Assembly: GCA_904063045.1 (NCBI GenBank)
Contig: CAJFCJ010000022.1
Span: forward strand, 682,001-746,000
DNA from: Dimorphilus gyrociliatus
Taxonomy: Eukaryota > Animalia > Annelida
Length of the DNA stretch: 64,000 nt
Reading direction: 5' to 3'
The position numbers and the translations under genes were made by a program. The notes under the pieces are model-generated. The model searched no databases, was not told where the DNA came from, and saw only the letters and a program-made list of their open reading frames with translations. Below are positions 23,567-38,147 of the stretch, in pieces. Every line of letters starts with the position of its first letter. The first letter of the stretch is position 1.

Positions 23567-26500
23567 TTCGTTACCGACAAAGTCGAAAGCATTTTAAATT
23601 CATTACTGCTTATTATAATTCCTTTAAAAAACATTATCCTCTCAACGGAGACGATTTAAGGACTCTTTACTTATAAAACTCTACCTTTTAAAGTGGCTTA
23701 ATACTCGGGGAAGAAAGGAGTAAAGAGAAAAAGAATTACTTGGGTCGATTCTAATACCTCTGCACAGCACGAATCTTGTCTAATAATCGACCGATTAACA
23801 CTCTTTCACTCTGAGCAAAGTGGGCGGAGCCGCCTACGTACACACGAAAAGAATAACTTTTGTATTCTCTATTATGTTTTATCGCTAGAGGGCCAACTTT
23901 TCTGAGCGTTCCGTTATGCTATTTTTCAAGCGTTATATCCTAGTCTCTTATATCTATCAAACTCTGCCCCATTTCCCGTCTCTTCCCCTTGCCTACCCCT
24001 AAAGACATAACGCTATGAAATCCCTATAGCGTACCTTTCAGCTTTGGTAAGATTCTTTGCCTCTTGCATAATTCTTCTCAACAAAATCGTTAGGTCATCT
24101 GCAAAAGAGAAGGGTGTTTTTTTTTTAAATAGAAAGTTCATAAAAGTCGGTAGTGACGTCATGTCGTCGAAATGACATTCAAGAAAATGTTGCGATATTT
24201 TATCAATCCAATTTTGCATAGGAAAATGCCATTTCGACAGTGAGCTATTTACCTAAATGAGTAAACAAATTTCTAGCCACCTGCAGCATTGTCTGTAAGA
24301 AAGAAACAATAAGTCTCCAAGAAAATTTTAACTAGCCAATTAGAGAGTCTACACCTGCGTCTTATTCTTCAAGAATCTCTCGTTTTGCAGCATTAACGTT
24401 GAAGTTAATACGGACGATGTGTACTTAAAACACTGACCAATTTGTTCAACGTCTTTTTCGTTGAACTCTCCACTTCTTTTATTTATTAGACAAGCAATAG
24501 CAACCACTTCGCTTGTATCAAGAGTAAGGACGGGAGCGCATAGCATTGATTGTATTTTCCTATTACAAATCACCTCCATCTGCTCTCTAAACTCTACAGG
24601 AACGTCCATCGTGTACATAGGACGTTTTTTAGAAATCATTGAATAGAACGGCGAACTATCTACGGCGTAGCGGACTTCCGGCTTAAGGATCCTTTCTCCG
24701 ACAACTTCGCAGAACCATTCCCTATCATCAGAGGAGAGTAGTAGTAGAAATCCACTTTCGGAGAAAGTCTCACGAGATAGCTGAATAAAAATTACAGTCT
24801 ATAATTAATCTCACTTTTTTCGGTACTATATTTCAATGCTATGTAACGTTAGGAAGACTGGAGAGAATAAAAAAAACACCACTTGATAAACTTACGTATC
24901 TGATTACTTTAATTTGCAGCGTGGAAGCGTCTTGATCATGCAGATCGGCTGCAACAAAATCAGTTTTATTATACGCCAGAAAATATTAATATAACAGTTT
25001 ATATGCTATATTTATATATATCTTGTCTGTCTTTTTATATAGAGTGTATATTCATCCCCTTCTCCCTGTTCCCTTACCACATAAATTTAGTATTCTATCT
25101 GCGTTGGAAGGATGGGTATTTTTCTGCCGCCGAATTCTCTTATGACAAACAGCAATCTGTGAAAAGGAAAGAGAACACAAACTGCAAAAAGTTAATCGAT
25201 ATATTTTTATAAACTTTTCCCTAACTATCACTTAACCTAAGATTATTCTACTTGACATTTAGACCTTTTTCCCTTCTGCTTCTTCTTCCTACCCTTCCCC
25301 TCCATTTCGAATAGCTATGTATCTAGCACCAGAACTATAAGACGAGTCTTATTGAAACAATCGTCACGTTCAAATGTTCAATTAGCATAGAATGGGAGAG
25401 TTCTAGTTTAAACGACACCAATGATAATGTTTCTCTCTTTCAATATAAACAGTGTGTGTCACCGATTCCGACAATTGCCGCAAGAACGATAACGACGACG
25501 ACGACGATGATGACTCTAATTCAGATTGTTATTCTTCTTTTTACAGTAGGTACCGAGGAAAAAAATTGATTACTCGCTTGTCGAAATTCAATCAAGTAAA
25601 CGGAGACGAATAGCGAAATTAAGAGAAGGCGTCTCTTCACGTCACTATACAAAATTTTAGCCGTGAAAAATGTATCACTCATCTTATTAAGTTTTAGCAG
25701 GCATAAATGATTCATTATCTTTTCTAAAAAATTGATTAAACTGAAGAGAAATAGAGCAAAGCTGGCTGCTGCGTTAAATAGCTCTGCCCGAAGCTACATG
25801 ACTTCTATAAGTGCTATTTAGCCTTCAAAATACTATACAATGAACGTTTAATGCTTTTTCTTCTTTCTCCCGCTTTTTTCCCCATTCTCCCGTCCTTCCT
25901 CTCTTTTTCTCTTTAGCCTCTACTCTCGGCTTTCTTCTACCTTCTAGGAGAGGAGTGATAAAAGTAAGCCCTTCTCTCTCTCTCTCACTTGCTCTCTTTC
26001 TCATTCAGCTTGAAAACTTTTCAAAAACGAAATTATCAATAATCACCAAATTCGTTTGGAATGTAACGGAAAAGTAATAATATCATAGTTTAATCGAATA
26101 ATGGGGTGGATTAACACTTCTCAAGGGAAAATAAATGCACACACGCTTTCAGAGTTTGTTACTTTCCCTCTTCATATATACTTACGTGCGATACTGTCTT
26201 CCGATTGCATTCTACTATTTCCGTTACAAATGACTTTTGTAACGATTTAAGCAATTAAGATTTAAGATCACTGCTAATTAATTGTTTAACGCCCATCTTA
26301 CACGCTAATCGTGTAATTTCATCATCTGTTTCTCTTTGATTTTATCAAATCAATTATCTTTTCCATAAAATAATCCGTCATAAGGTTTTTATGGGCGATT
26401 GCTCGCATTCCAAACATTCCTCGTCTTAAAAACCTTTTAGGAGGACTATAATGGACGGAACTGGAGAGTCGGTAGGTTGCCCTAGGAAGGCGGATGGACG

Positions 26501-29262
26501 AACGGAAGTACGCTTAGATACCTATAAATTATACAAAATGTTTTCCTTTTCGTGCCTATTAGCAAGAACATACAATTGGACAATTGCGGGTTAGCAAGGC
26601 AGGCCAGAGATTGATACGCGATTTGATTGATAGAGGATTTTGGATAAAGAAAAATGGCATAAATTTGAATGCATGAGTGAGAGAGAGAGAGAGAGAGAGA
26701 AAAGAAGTAAGGCAAAAGCGTCTTTTGTCTACGTTTTCTTGCTATTTGCAATAAACAAAGTTAACCCAATAGAAAATCGATATATCTAACTTTTTTTAAT
26801 TTACAATCTCCTGGTGGGATAAAGATTCGAGTTGAACGGTTGGAATATAGAAGAAGGGCTAAAAGTTGCGCTATGAGCTACGAAATGTAAAGCCATATGA
26901 AGCTAGGCTCATTTCCACTTAGGACTAATAGCAGTGTATATATGTATAGAAAGTAAATAATGTGCCCTTAATGAGGTGCACGACGCTAGTCCGTAACGAC
27001 CCGACTAGAGTAGGGGAGGAAATTGAGTCCAGGTCTTCACCTCTCCTGAGGGGTATTCGATTATCAAGGCATGGACGTGATGAATGTCTTTTTATGTTGA
27101 TAGTGAAATAGGACTAATCATTCTCCATAGCAAATGGTGTTTTGAATAAAAAATCTGTCTCGTTTTCTGTTTTTTTCTCTCTCTCTCTCTCTTTCTGTCA
27201 ATCTCTCTAACTTACTATAATATTAATATTAATAATAATATTAATAATGATATTAATAAGAACAAAAATTTTTACTATCGTTATTATTATTATTATTATT
27301 TATAGATTGATTAATAATTGATTTAACGAGGGAAATATTCTATTGAAAAATTCCTTTTTTGTCTCACTCATCGCCTAAAACCGTTGATTATTATGTAAAG
27401 TAGTTATTTGAAGCGAAATATGTGTGTATGAAGTCGGTAAGCGACACAAGTTCCCGAAGGAAAATCACTCTTGACAGTTTGTCAATTCATAAAACACCCT
27501 TAAGGTATATTCCTATAGCACGACTGATCTGCTCAAAGACTCGAAAAACTCCTATATGCAATTTTATTGAAGCTATTCGATTGCCCATTTAGCAGTAAGT
27601 TTGATTGATTAACCCGAGAAATTTTCCTATAATATACAATTTTTACTAACCTGTTTTTCGATAAATTCCAAATGATTTTCATCCTCTTTTGTCAGGGCAT
27701 TGGAGACAAACTGTATAAATATATCAACAATATATCAACAAATAAACAAATCAATATTATAGATATGGCAGTCGTATGTGAATAATCCAACAAAATTTAA
27801 TCTCTCCCTCCTTCCCTCTCTATACCAGATTCTTAATATCTTTTCAAAGGCCTACTCGTATCTATCCGAATCTGTTAGTTTCTTTCATCTGCCATCTTAG
27901 CACGCGTCACGCGCACCTCTTTAAGAGTAATCATTTCCAGAGAAACTCGAAAGGATTTCTTTAAAATTTCCGTCGCAAGTCAAGTTTCTATGGTAACTGA
28001 CAAACATCAGCCTCAATTTGCATAATTCGAAAATACGTTTATCGATAGTCGTCGTAAGAACGTTTGAAGAAAAAATTTTCCCTTAAATATCTTTCTTGCA
28101 TATGCTATACAGACGTCTTTATACGGTATAAATTTACGATTAACTTACCGCTAAAACTGCAACAATTGCGTTTGTTTCTAGGCAGATTATGGGGCTGCAG
28201 TAAACTGAAATGGACGAAAAGGTTCCGTTACTAAAAGCTGACGTATTGATAAAAACAAAAATAAAAAGAGAGGAAAGACAAAGCAACAAAGATAGAAACA
28301 AAGAAAACAACTAAACGTAAAAAAGAGAAATGAGCAAAAAGACAAAACAAAGAAATGGCTTTTTTTTTTTGCAGTAGGAAGAAGAGTAAGGGTAATCATT
28401 TTTGTTGTTATTGTTATCTCGATTATTCGTAGTGATAGGGAAGAAAATAGTCTCTTACCCTAAACTAATAACGAAAGAAATGAGGAGAAAAAGAGAAACG
28501 ATTGGAACGGCGAAGAGAAGAGAGACGGAGAGTAAAAAATCTAATAATAAGTATATGCTGTAAAACAAAGTTCTATAGAGATTGTTGTATTTACAGTCTG
28601 CTCTAAATGCAAACTTTTTAATGGAAATACAATTAAAAAAGGCTGATTATATATACAGTATTATGCATATTGTGTATATTATGTACACTATATTATCTCT
28701 ACAGAATCTACAATTTCTTTAGTTGTTCCCTTAAAAATCATCTATATTCTTAATACGCTATATACTGTATATACATAAGGTATATAGTTATGAATAACAT
28801 TTGTTTATACAAATATGGACACTTATTATAATGTTGACTTTAATAGTGATTCAATATTTACAAGGGTTACATGTATATATACTTGTTTAAATATACATAA
28901 TGTATACATCCTTATTTACATTTATCGAAAATAGTATTCACCTCGCTCAATGAAATGATAAAGGAAGGAAAGAGACGAATGAATGGATGAATGAACGGTT
29001 GAATGCGTGTATGTATGTATGTTTGTACGTTTGTCTCTTTGTCTCTTTTTATTTACTGTATAAAGGTATATACGAATAGGTGGATGGACGGACTGATAGA
29101 TAGATAGATAGATAGACAAATATATGAATAGGTGAAAGAATTCATGACAATTAAAAACATGTTGATTAAAAAGACAATGTTACTAGTTGAACAAAGTTTT
29201 ATTTAACTTTTAATTACACTGTGCTTTATTAGTTTCTACGAGTGATATTCTCCCTCTCTGTG

Positions 29263-29295
<33 letters not shown>

Positions 29296-30563
29296 TGCAA
29301 CTACTACATTCTTTCATTTAAGACATGTTTTTTCTGCAGATTGCACCATAATTATAGCATATTTAGAAAAAAAAAACTGATTGAAACTATGAACTATAAC
29401 TGTGTTTAATTACGTCTATAAAATAATTAGTGTTGAAATAATCCATCTACTTTTCGTCTGCATCTAACAGAGCATATTACATGTAGTATACAGTATATAT
29501 ACTTTATATACAGTATACACACAATATCCATACACTAAACCATCCAATCATTCTCTTTATATTGAATATTAACTGGTTTGTTAAGGCGGTGCATTATTCT
29601 CGTAGATATTCATAACTTATGAATCGAACATTTTACTAGTCGGCTTGTATTGACTCTTTAAGAGTTTATAAAATATACAATGCACGCCTACCTATTTTAT
29701 GCTCTTCACCGTTTACACAACCCTACTTCTATATTGCAAATTCGTTATCGACATTTCTGCTGAGGTTAGATAATCTTAGCATAAACCTATAATCCCGCTA
29801 TATTTTTTCATCCTTTTCCTCTGTTTTATTGTCTTCGTCGTTATTGTCGCTACGTAATATTCTTCCTGCCTAATGTTGCTTTTTCCGTCCGCTTCTCTCT
29901 TTTCCAAGTCAACTTATGCTTACTGAATGAAAAGTCTATTGTTTTTCTTCTCTTCTCTCCTACTCGAGTTCAGAGAATATACAATATTCGGCTTCTATTT
30001 GTTTCCTACACATATTTTTAAGGTTGAGAAAATTCGAATGGTCTAGTTGATTGATATCAGATCATTAAATAATCGAGTAGTGCAGCTAAGATCACATTAA
30101 TAATTAAAAATAAGAGAGGGGGTGGAAAAGGGTGGAGGGGGAAGAAATCGATAGCTCTACGCCTTTTACTATTGATAGAGTGAGGCAAAAATGTTTGATG
30201 TGTCGACAAAAAGGAAGAAAGTAGAGTTGAATTATAAAATAGAGAGAATAATAGAGCGTACTGTACGAAACCAATAAAAAACAATTTATTGGTCACCCGC
30301 TTTCTTATGGATTTGCTAGTGAAAGACTGAAGCTGTGCAAAAACTGTGCTCTAAGATTGCGATTCTTTGCCATTAGAGCATTAGAATCGACTTGATTTAT
30401 TAATTAGAATAAATTCTTCAAATTGCAATTCCCTTGAATGTCGTTCAAAAGTTCTCTTTACACTATTCATTTAGGATAAAATTCTTCCAATAATTATTCT
30501 TCATCTTCTTCGTTTATCTATCAATCAACCAATCAATCCGTATATCCGTCCATCCATCCATCC

Positions 30564-30600
<37 letters not shown>

Positions 30601-33600
30601 ACTCTCTATCTATCTATCTATTTGTCTATATCTGGCTTTGTCTTGCTATTGCTCTTCCTCCACTTGTTTCCCTTCCTTCCTACCATTCCAAATATTTGCT
30701 CCATTCCCCACCCCTCTCAGCTACTTTACTACAATTTTTCCCTTGGCCTTCCTCGCCGTAATTCTTTTCCCTAACCCTTTTCTCTCCGTTTTTCTCCCCT
30801 CTACCCTCTCAACATTTCAGCTTACCCGTTAACCTTTGCTTCGACTGATTCATAGTCAAATTAGCCCGTTAAAGTGAGTATTGAACTTTTCAAAAGCGGG
30901 ACATTACCGTTGATAAATTAGCTTGAGAGTCTTAATCTTTGATGTTTCCATCCGAAAGATTTATATTATCTTAAGTACAAATGTAAAACTCTGACCTCGG
31001 ATAGTATCTTGGGAATTCTAACCGGGCGTTCTATTAAAAAGTCCTAATAAGGTCAAATGACTTAACTAAACGGGTGTCATACTGCATTTTTTTCCTTTCG
31101 TGCTTTTTATTTTGATGAATAGAAAAATCTCGGAAAAGAAGTCAAGTAATAAAAGCGAAATGGACGGGAAAATGAAAAGGATATTCTAGCTAGTTCTTTT
31201 CTTTTCTTTTCTCTATTCCTTTTCTATTTATCGGCGTATATCTCTTACTCTCTAACAATGATCAGCCATCAAAACATTTGATTATCGACGATCAAACAAA
31301 TCCAATCACGTCTCACGATTCCTCCTACTCTGTCCCTCTTTGTCTATTTACTTCAATTAAATCAAATACAAACAAAAATTGACTCTTTTATAACAAATGA
31401 TTAGGTCGCGATTTCAAGAGTTTGCCCTGGAGCAAATCAAGTGAGAAATCATGACAAACAAGCCATGCAACTGCAAGAAATTTTGGTTCTAAACACCTGC
31501 GCCATTAGAGGGAATCGGTGGAGGGGATGAGGATAAACAAGTAAACAGAAAATGTTTATAATAAGTACAAATTTTTCACGGACGAAAATAACAATTTTTC
31601 ATGCCTAATAAAAGAAATAAGAGTAAACTGCTTCTTCTAATCTCCTCTCTCTCTCTCTCTCTCTCTATTCACATTTACCCCATTTTTTCTCCCACACCTA
31701 TTCCTAACCTCTTGCGCTACGTGAAATCTTGTAAAAGCCACACTACTGAATAAGAAATGGGATTCCATGAAAAAGATTAAGAGCCTTGTAAAGGAGATAA
31801 ATTAACAGCAAAAGGACGACTTAAATTGTTTAAAGAAAAAAAAAACTTGTAAACGAGCGATTATCATGTTTAGGGGTCAATCTAATACAAACTAGACAAA
31901 GGGAGTAAGATAGGAGGTCATTGCCAAATAAAGGAGCTCTTTCATAATATATAAGCTATATACTATATAGAATTTATTATATGTATATATATATATAGTA
32001 TATATGTATTACAACCTTCAAAAGATTCTGATTGCGAATGTATTTCGGTATCGGATAAAAAAGTTGAAAAGAAGCTGCGAGTATCGTGTGTAAAGCCGAA
32101 AATTAAGAACGTCCTCAACACGCTTCACTTGAAAAATAAGCGAAATAATCATTTTCTCTGTCAACTTTATCGTTGGTAAGGCGATAACCCTTGAAATTAC
32201 AAACGTGTCAGCCTTCTTATAGCCTCTGTTAGAGAGTAGGGGAATAAGGAAAATAGAGGGGAAGCGGATTTCTCTTCTCACCATCGACTATTGCACAAAA
32301 AGGCGATACGACGGAAAAAGACTAGCTGAGGGTTAACAAGAGTAGTATAAAAGTCTAAAAGGAATCTTTGAAATATTACAAACGTGTTTATCAAAGTTGG
32401 AGGGGTTAGACTGAATCATCTTTCTAAAGAGAGAGAGAGAGAGAGTGAGAAAGTAAGGAAGACTTTAAAAGTGGAGTAGAAGAGAATATACAGTATACAA
32501 ATATGGAAAAATAATATTTTTGAAGAAAACAAACCAAATAGGAAACATGCTTTTAAAAAATTAAATATTAAACTTTGAAATATTGGTGTTTTGTGTTAAG
32601 AAACAGTTTACATTATAATTTTCCTTTGTTCCCCTCCTCCACAAAAACTTCTTGTATCAACAAAAAATCAATTGAAAAGAAATTAAGGGATAAATTTAAA
32701 CAAATAAATAAAATACTTTTTCCTGCTTTGGATACAAAGACAGATTAGAGTGATGGAGAGTGTGTGTTTGTAGATATGTTTGCACATGTGTGCGATGGAG
32801 AGACACTGACAGAGAGAGAGAGAAAGGATGGATGAATAGATGGCTGGATAGATGAATGAATAACTATTAAAGAAAATGAGATAAATAATTGATAATAATC
32901 ATAATATTAATTACAATAATAATAAAATAACGAAAAAACAAATCAACGAATATACATTAAGTAGTCAAGGGGATTAATAAATAAATAAACAACTAAATAA
33001 ATAAATAAATATAAACACAACCTCGTTTCGCCGTCCACCGTCTCCCTCCGCTCTTCGCTGCGCAACAGCAAAATTGTGCAAAGCCCGGCAGGGCTACTGC
33101 AAACAGTACAGTAACATTTAAAAAAAAATACAAAAGACAGCAGAGAAAATTGACTAAAGCTAGTTTTTTCTTGGCTCGACTGAGCCGAAAAAAAGATGCT
33201 ATTGTATCGTAAGATTTCTATATTCGAACCCTTCGCAGACATAGTTTTTGACTTGGGAAGAGGAAATATGTAAATATATATTATATATACAGTATATATA
33301 TATATATTAGTTATATTCTCAGTCAGTAGATAGCAACAGTCATAAATCTCTTAACATCAACTATAAAACTTGAATAAGATAACACGAAACGTGTTGAATT
33401 CTTTCAAGTTTTTCTATTTTTTCTCTGCTTGAACATCTTTCGTATAATGTATATATAAACACACCAGTATGAGCTTTATAAATATACATATTAATATGTG
33501 TATTTATATTTTTCTATGCAAAAATCTATACAAGTCGGTATAGCAATACTGTATATTCAGTATTCCAATATATTACTATACGGCATATACACTCTTATGC

Positions 33601-35086
33601 ATATACAAATACAGTATAAAAAAAATAGCATATAGCATCATCAGTGCATCTACCTAAATGTGTGTAACCCGACTTTATTTACGTTTACGTATAAATATGT
33701 ACTGTACGTTCTACAAGCTAAATATAAGCTTATATACACACCCCGGCCGCAATCCGAAGCCGACTGCAATAGACCGCAAAGAGGGTCGCTCGCCTCCAAA
33801 TTACTTTTCTCCACCCGCCTGCAATCGTCCATTGCCTGTCTGCGAAAAAAAGAGACGCCGCTAGTAACGGTTGATTGGCTTCGAAACTATCAGGCAGTTG
33901 TATTGATCGCCTCTCACTCGGTTTTTTTTTCTTTTTTTTTTTTTTTGACTGGACTTTATATGATACGTTTGTTGACGCTGATAAATACACTCTTTCCCCC
34001 TCCTTTTACAATGAAATAAGTGCAAATAAGTCAAATAAGGAACGGATAGAAAAGGAATAAGGAGATAGGGACGAAAAGGATGAGAATTGACACTAAAAAT
34101 GACATCAATATCATGCAAACTGCCTCTCTATCGTTCAATTTCGTCCTTGTCCTTACACTAAAATGTTTACCGGAAATTAAGTGAGCTACTTGATATCCAC
34201 ATTATTTTATTAGGGAAGTCAAAGGGTTTTATATATATATAAAAAAGAAATAACTATGTATATAGAAAAGAGGGAAAAGGAGGCTTTAATTTCTCGTAAT
34301 CAATCTGTAAACAAGCTTTTACAGAGGGTGTGAATGAAATGAAATGTAAGGGGAAAAAAAAAGAGGCAGAGTACCTTTATTCTATAGTGTGATTAATTAA
34401 TAATTGAAAATGATTTCTTTTAGGGAAGTAGGAGGTGGGAAGGAATAGTATAGCATATATAAAAAATATCTATACTGTATATTGTATATAATTGATTTAA
34501 AATGCTTCTTTCTAAAGAATGATTTACCGATTTATCATTATTTGAAAATTTGTATTAATGGATTTTTCTTTGCTTAATGATGCGTTAATTCAAGGTTTTA
34601 ATTGCTAAGCATTCGTGCTAAAATTTTCAACAAATCTGTGATCAACTTACTTTGCAATTCCAGTTGATGGGAGTGTATGTTTAAAGGCTCTATTCGATTG
34701 TAACTCTCCAAATTCATCAGGAATTCTAACGTAAACGACGACATCACTCTGCAAAATAGCCAAACAAATATTACATTAATGATAGAAGATTGCAAAGAGT
34801 ATGCGTATACTTTCTATAGACATTACACACACCTCTGTGCACACTATATACATACCTACTTTTATCTATACCTTAGCTATATATTTTGCAAATAGAATGC
34901 ATTGTATAGGGAATATGATTGTTTATAGGATATAAATACAGTTGTACATTGACAGACGCCTTGGCAGACGGACAGACAAACAGCCCACCAGCAGGCTATT
35001 GATGTCTGTACATATATAGATAAATATAGTTGTAGAACTGCATAGATAGTATTATTAAAACAGAAAAAGAGAGAGCAGGGTGGTAT

Positions 35087-35128
<42 letters not shown>

Positions 35129-35647
35129 CCGAGAGAGGAAAAGATTGACAGGCACAGAGACCGACTTGAAGAGAGAGAGACAGAGAGAAATAAAGAAGAA
35201 AAAAAGCCCATTGAATTAAGTTAGTTAATAAAGATATTTGTATAGATTGTCTATTTAATAGAGAACACACTCGACTAAATGGAAGTAAAATGCCTAAGAA
35301 TTTGATAATTGACAAATATTTTTGCAAAATTTCTTTTAGATTTAATAAGATTATAAAAGAAATTTTATGCCAGCATGAAAAACTGCTCCCGCTGACGAGT
35401 TTGTACTTGAATTATTAATAAACTCGTAATTCACCGTATATAATTACCTCTGTAAGTTTATAGTAATAATCGATATAAATACTAATAATAACGCTTGAGA
35501 TTACAGCCAATAAATTAACCGTTGAATAAATCGTTTCTCGCTTCGTAAACACATTTGGTTTATTCCTATGACGCACGAAATCAGGGTCCTTTTCCAGAAT
35601 ATATCGGACCAAATAATTAGTTACATATTTTATATGGCTTCACAACG

Positions 35648-35687
<40 letters not shown>

Positions 35688-37770
35688 AAGCTTCTCCCCC
35701 TTTTTTCTCTCCCTCTCCTTCTCCATCTCACACGCTCTCTTTCTTTTACTTCTTTCTTCACATCTCCTTTTTTCTGCTTTTCTCTACTTCTCTCCCTCAT
35801 TCTCTCTCAATCTCCTTCGTCTTCTTCCCTCTACAACTCATTACTCTCCTTATCAATCTATCTTTGCAATAACCTTTTGGTTTAGGCGTAAAATGAAAAA
35901 AACGTCCAACTACCTTATAAGCAATAGATGCGTCTAATTTGCAATTATTGTTCTTGACCTTCGACGTAAGTCATTACGCAAACGAAGAAAATCTAATTAG
36001 GAAGGACGCCTCGTATTTTTTTTGTCATCAAATATACTGTACAATCAAAATCTGACAAAGCAGCGTCTGTAGACGATTATAAACACCATAAGGACAAACA
36101 AAAGAGGCCAGGATTGGACAAATGTTTATGTGGATTGGTTGGCGAAATAAGAGAAATGTGAATAACTTTACTTCTCGTTTGGAAGTAGCAGAAAACAACT
36201 CTCAATTAAAAATAGCTGAAGAAGTCGTGTGACCATATTGATTGTGCAAGAATAATAAGAGAATAGTATATTCAACTTACAAACTATTAAAGGAAATGGA
36301 ATAAAGCAAAACGAAAATTAAGGAAATATCATACTCTGTTGTTCTTAAGTTTAGTCGACAATCTTACGAAGAACCCTTTGCTAACATGATATAATACATT
36401 AATACAGCTTTCTTCTCTTCTCTTCTCTCTCCCTCTTTCAAACTCTCACTCTCTCTCCATCTATCCGTCTCTAAATCTCTAAATCTCGCTCTCTCTTTCT
36501 CTTTAAATAACAACTCTAGTGCTTTTTTTCTATAGCTCTCTTCCTATTTCCTCCATTTAAGCATTTCCCTCTAACTACTAAATAAAAAGAGGAAAATCTA
36601 TCGGCCATCTTTTAATAAATAGAACTGTACGGATAAAACATACGGTTTGAATAGATATCTAAAGGAACTGTGCTTGGGGCAATTAATTATATTTCCCTCG
36701 GGATGATTATAGGATTTAAAGTGACTGCTAGCTGCATGTTCTCCACAGAGTAGGAATGAAATCAGAGAAAATCTGGATTCCTTTACAAGAGTATGAAAAT
36801 TATTGATTAGCTAGCACAAGTTAGAAATGTCGGCGAAAACATCAATGGAAAAGCTCGAGCAGATAAATCGAATAGAAATCGTACTCTTATTAGGATTGTA
36901 ACTTTATTTGCAGCTGCATTCCACAGATATCTTTATTCACTTTTTTCTTCCTTTTATTATCCTACTAATTTTCTATAACAAGTTGGCCAGGGTTAGTCTT
37001 TTTTTGCTTTGAAATCAATATCTTTATATTTGATAGCTAAAAAGACTCAATCCTTTCTCCTCCTATCCACCTCTTTATTTTTCTTTCTCTCTGCTTGTCC
37101 GTCTCTGTCTCTGCCTCTACCTCAGCCTATATGTCTGATTATGACTCTCTATTTCTCAGTCTGTCTATCTGTCTAACTGTCTAACTGTCTATTTCAGTCT
37201 GTTCCTGTCTCTGTTTCTGTCTGTCTTTTTCTCTTTCTCTCACTGTTTTTGCGTGTGTTCGTCCACTTGTCCCCCATTTCAGTTCCTCTATACGCTCCGT
37301 TCCCCTTCCTCTCCAACTCATTTTCTTCCCTCACTAATCACCTGTCTATCTATTTCTATCGCTTCTTTCTCTTATATTCCTTCTCGCTCTCTAATTTTCT
37401 GCAAGACATCTTTTTTGCTCGCTTACCTTTCTAACTCATTTTTTTTCTGCCTTTGATTCGTTATGTTAAACGTTATAGATCCTTCGTCCAGTAACCGAGT
37501 CAACTGCACTAGGTTGTAATCTCACTCTCTCCATACCACTCAATCCCTAATCACCTATTTACTTATTTATGAAACAAACAGTCTACGGGATCCGGATCGA
37601 TAACAAACTATTTGCTAAACAGTCGATGATAAGCCGGAGTATCGTATATACAAAAATATATAATCGGTTGAAAAGCATATTTCAAAGTATCTATATGGAA
37701 GGATAAAACTTGGAAATAGCTTATTGTTCTCTCTCTTCATCTTACTCACTCGCTCATTCACTCACACGCT

Positions 37771-37814
<44 letters not shown>

Positions 37815-38116
37815 CAGCCTATCAGTCTCCTCTCTCCCTCTGTTTCTACCCTCTTATCGTGGCTGTGTGTAGATAGCAAAGCGGACGACTAAGCTTATAA
37901 GATCAGGTATATCTGATCTGAATATGACTGTTTTGTAATATGTGCTCGTCAACACATCCTTCTATCTGCAATATACGTATATATCGCACAAGACAGCTCA
38001 ATTTATCTAATTAAGGAGAGAAAAGAGACAAAATAGGCGATTGAGATAGAGAGAGAGAGTTTGACGGCAAAGAAAACAAGTAGAATAATGAAAAAAGTAG
38101 AGAGAAAAAGAGAGAG

Positions 38117-38147
<31 letters not shown>

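Noticed and set aside
23812-23830. TGAGCAAAG resembling the start of miR-87
   Set aside because: The match stops after ~9 nt and no precursor hairpin was seen.
24099-24219. In-frame ATG and a CRE (TGACGTCA, 24154-24161) in a PDE2 intron, with HFDDMTSL resembling HLDDLTIL
   Set aside because: The short similarity and a single 8-mer are compatible with chance; nothing else supports an internal start.
25460-25612. Plus-strand poly-Asp frame, or minus-strand poly-Ser/poly-Val frames, as an extra PDE2 exon
   Set aside because: Derived from a (GAC)n repeat. Exon 27710-27651 fits the PDE2A alignment and phase better, and there is no ATG or good acceptor.
35415-35612. Minus-strand ORF with a hydrophobic segment and donor-like end, as a possible membrane-anchored PDE2 first exon
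   Set aside because: TTG start only, purine-rich upstream sequence with no acceptor, no similarity recognised.
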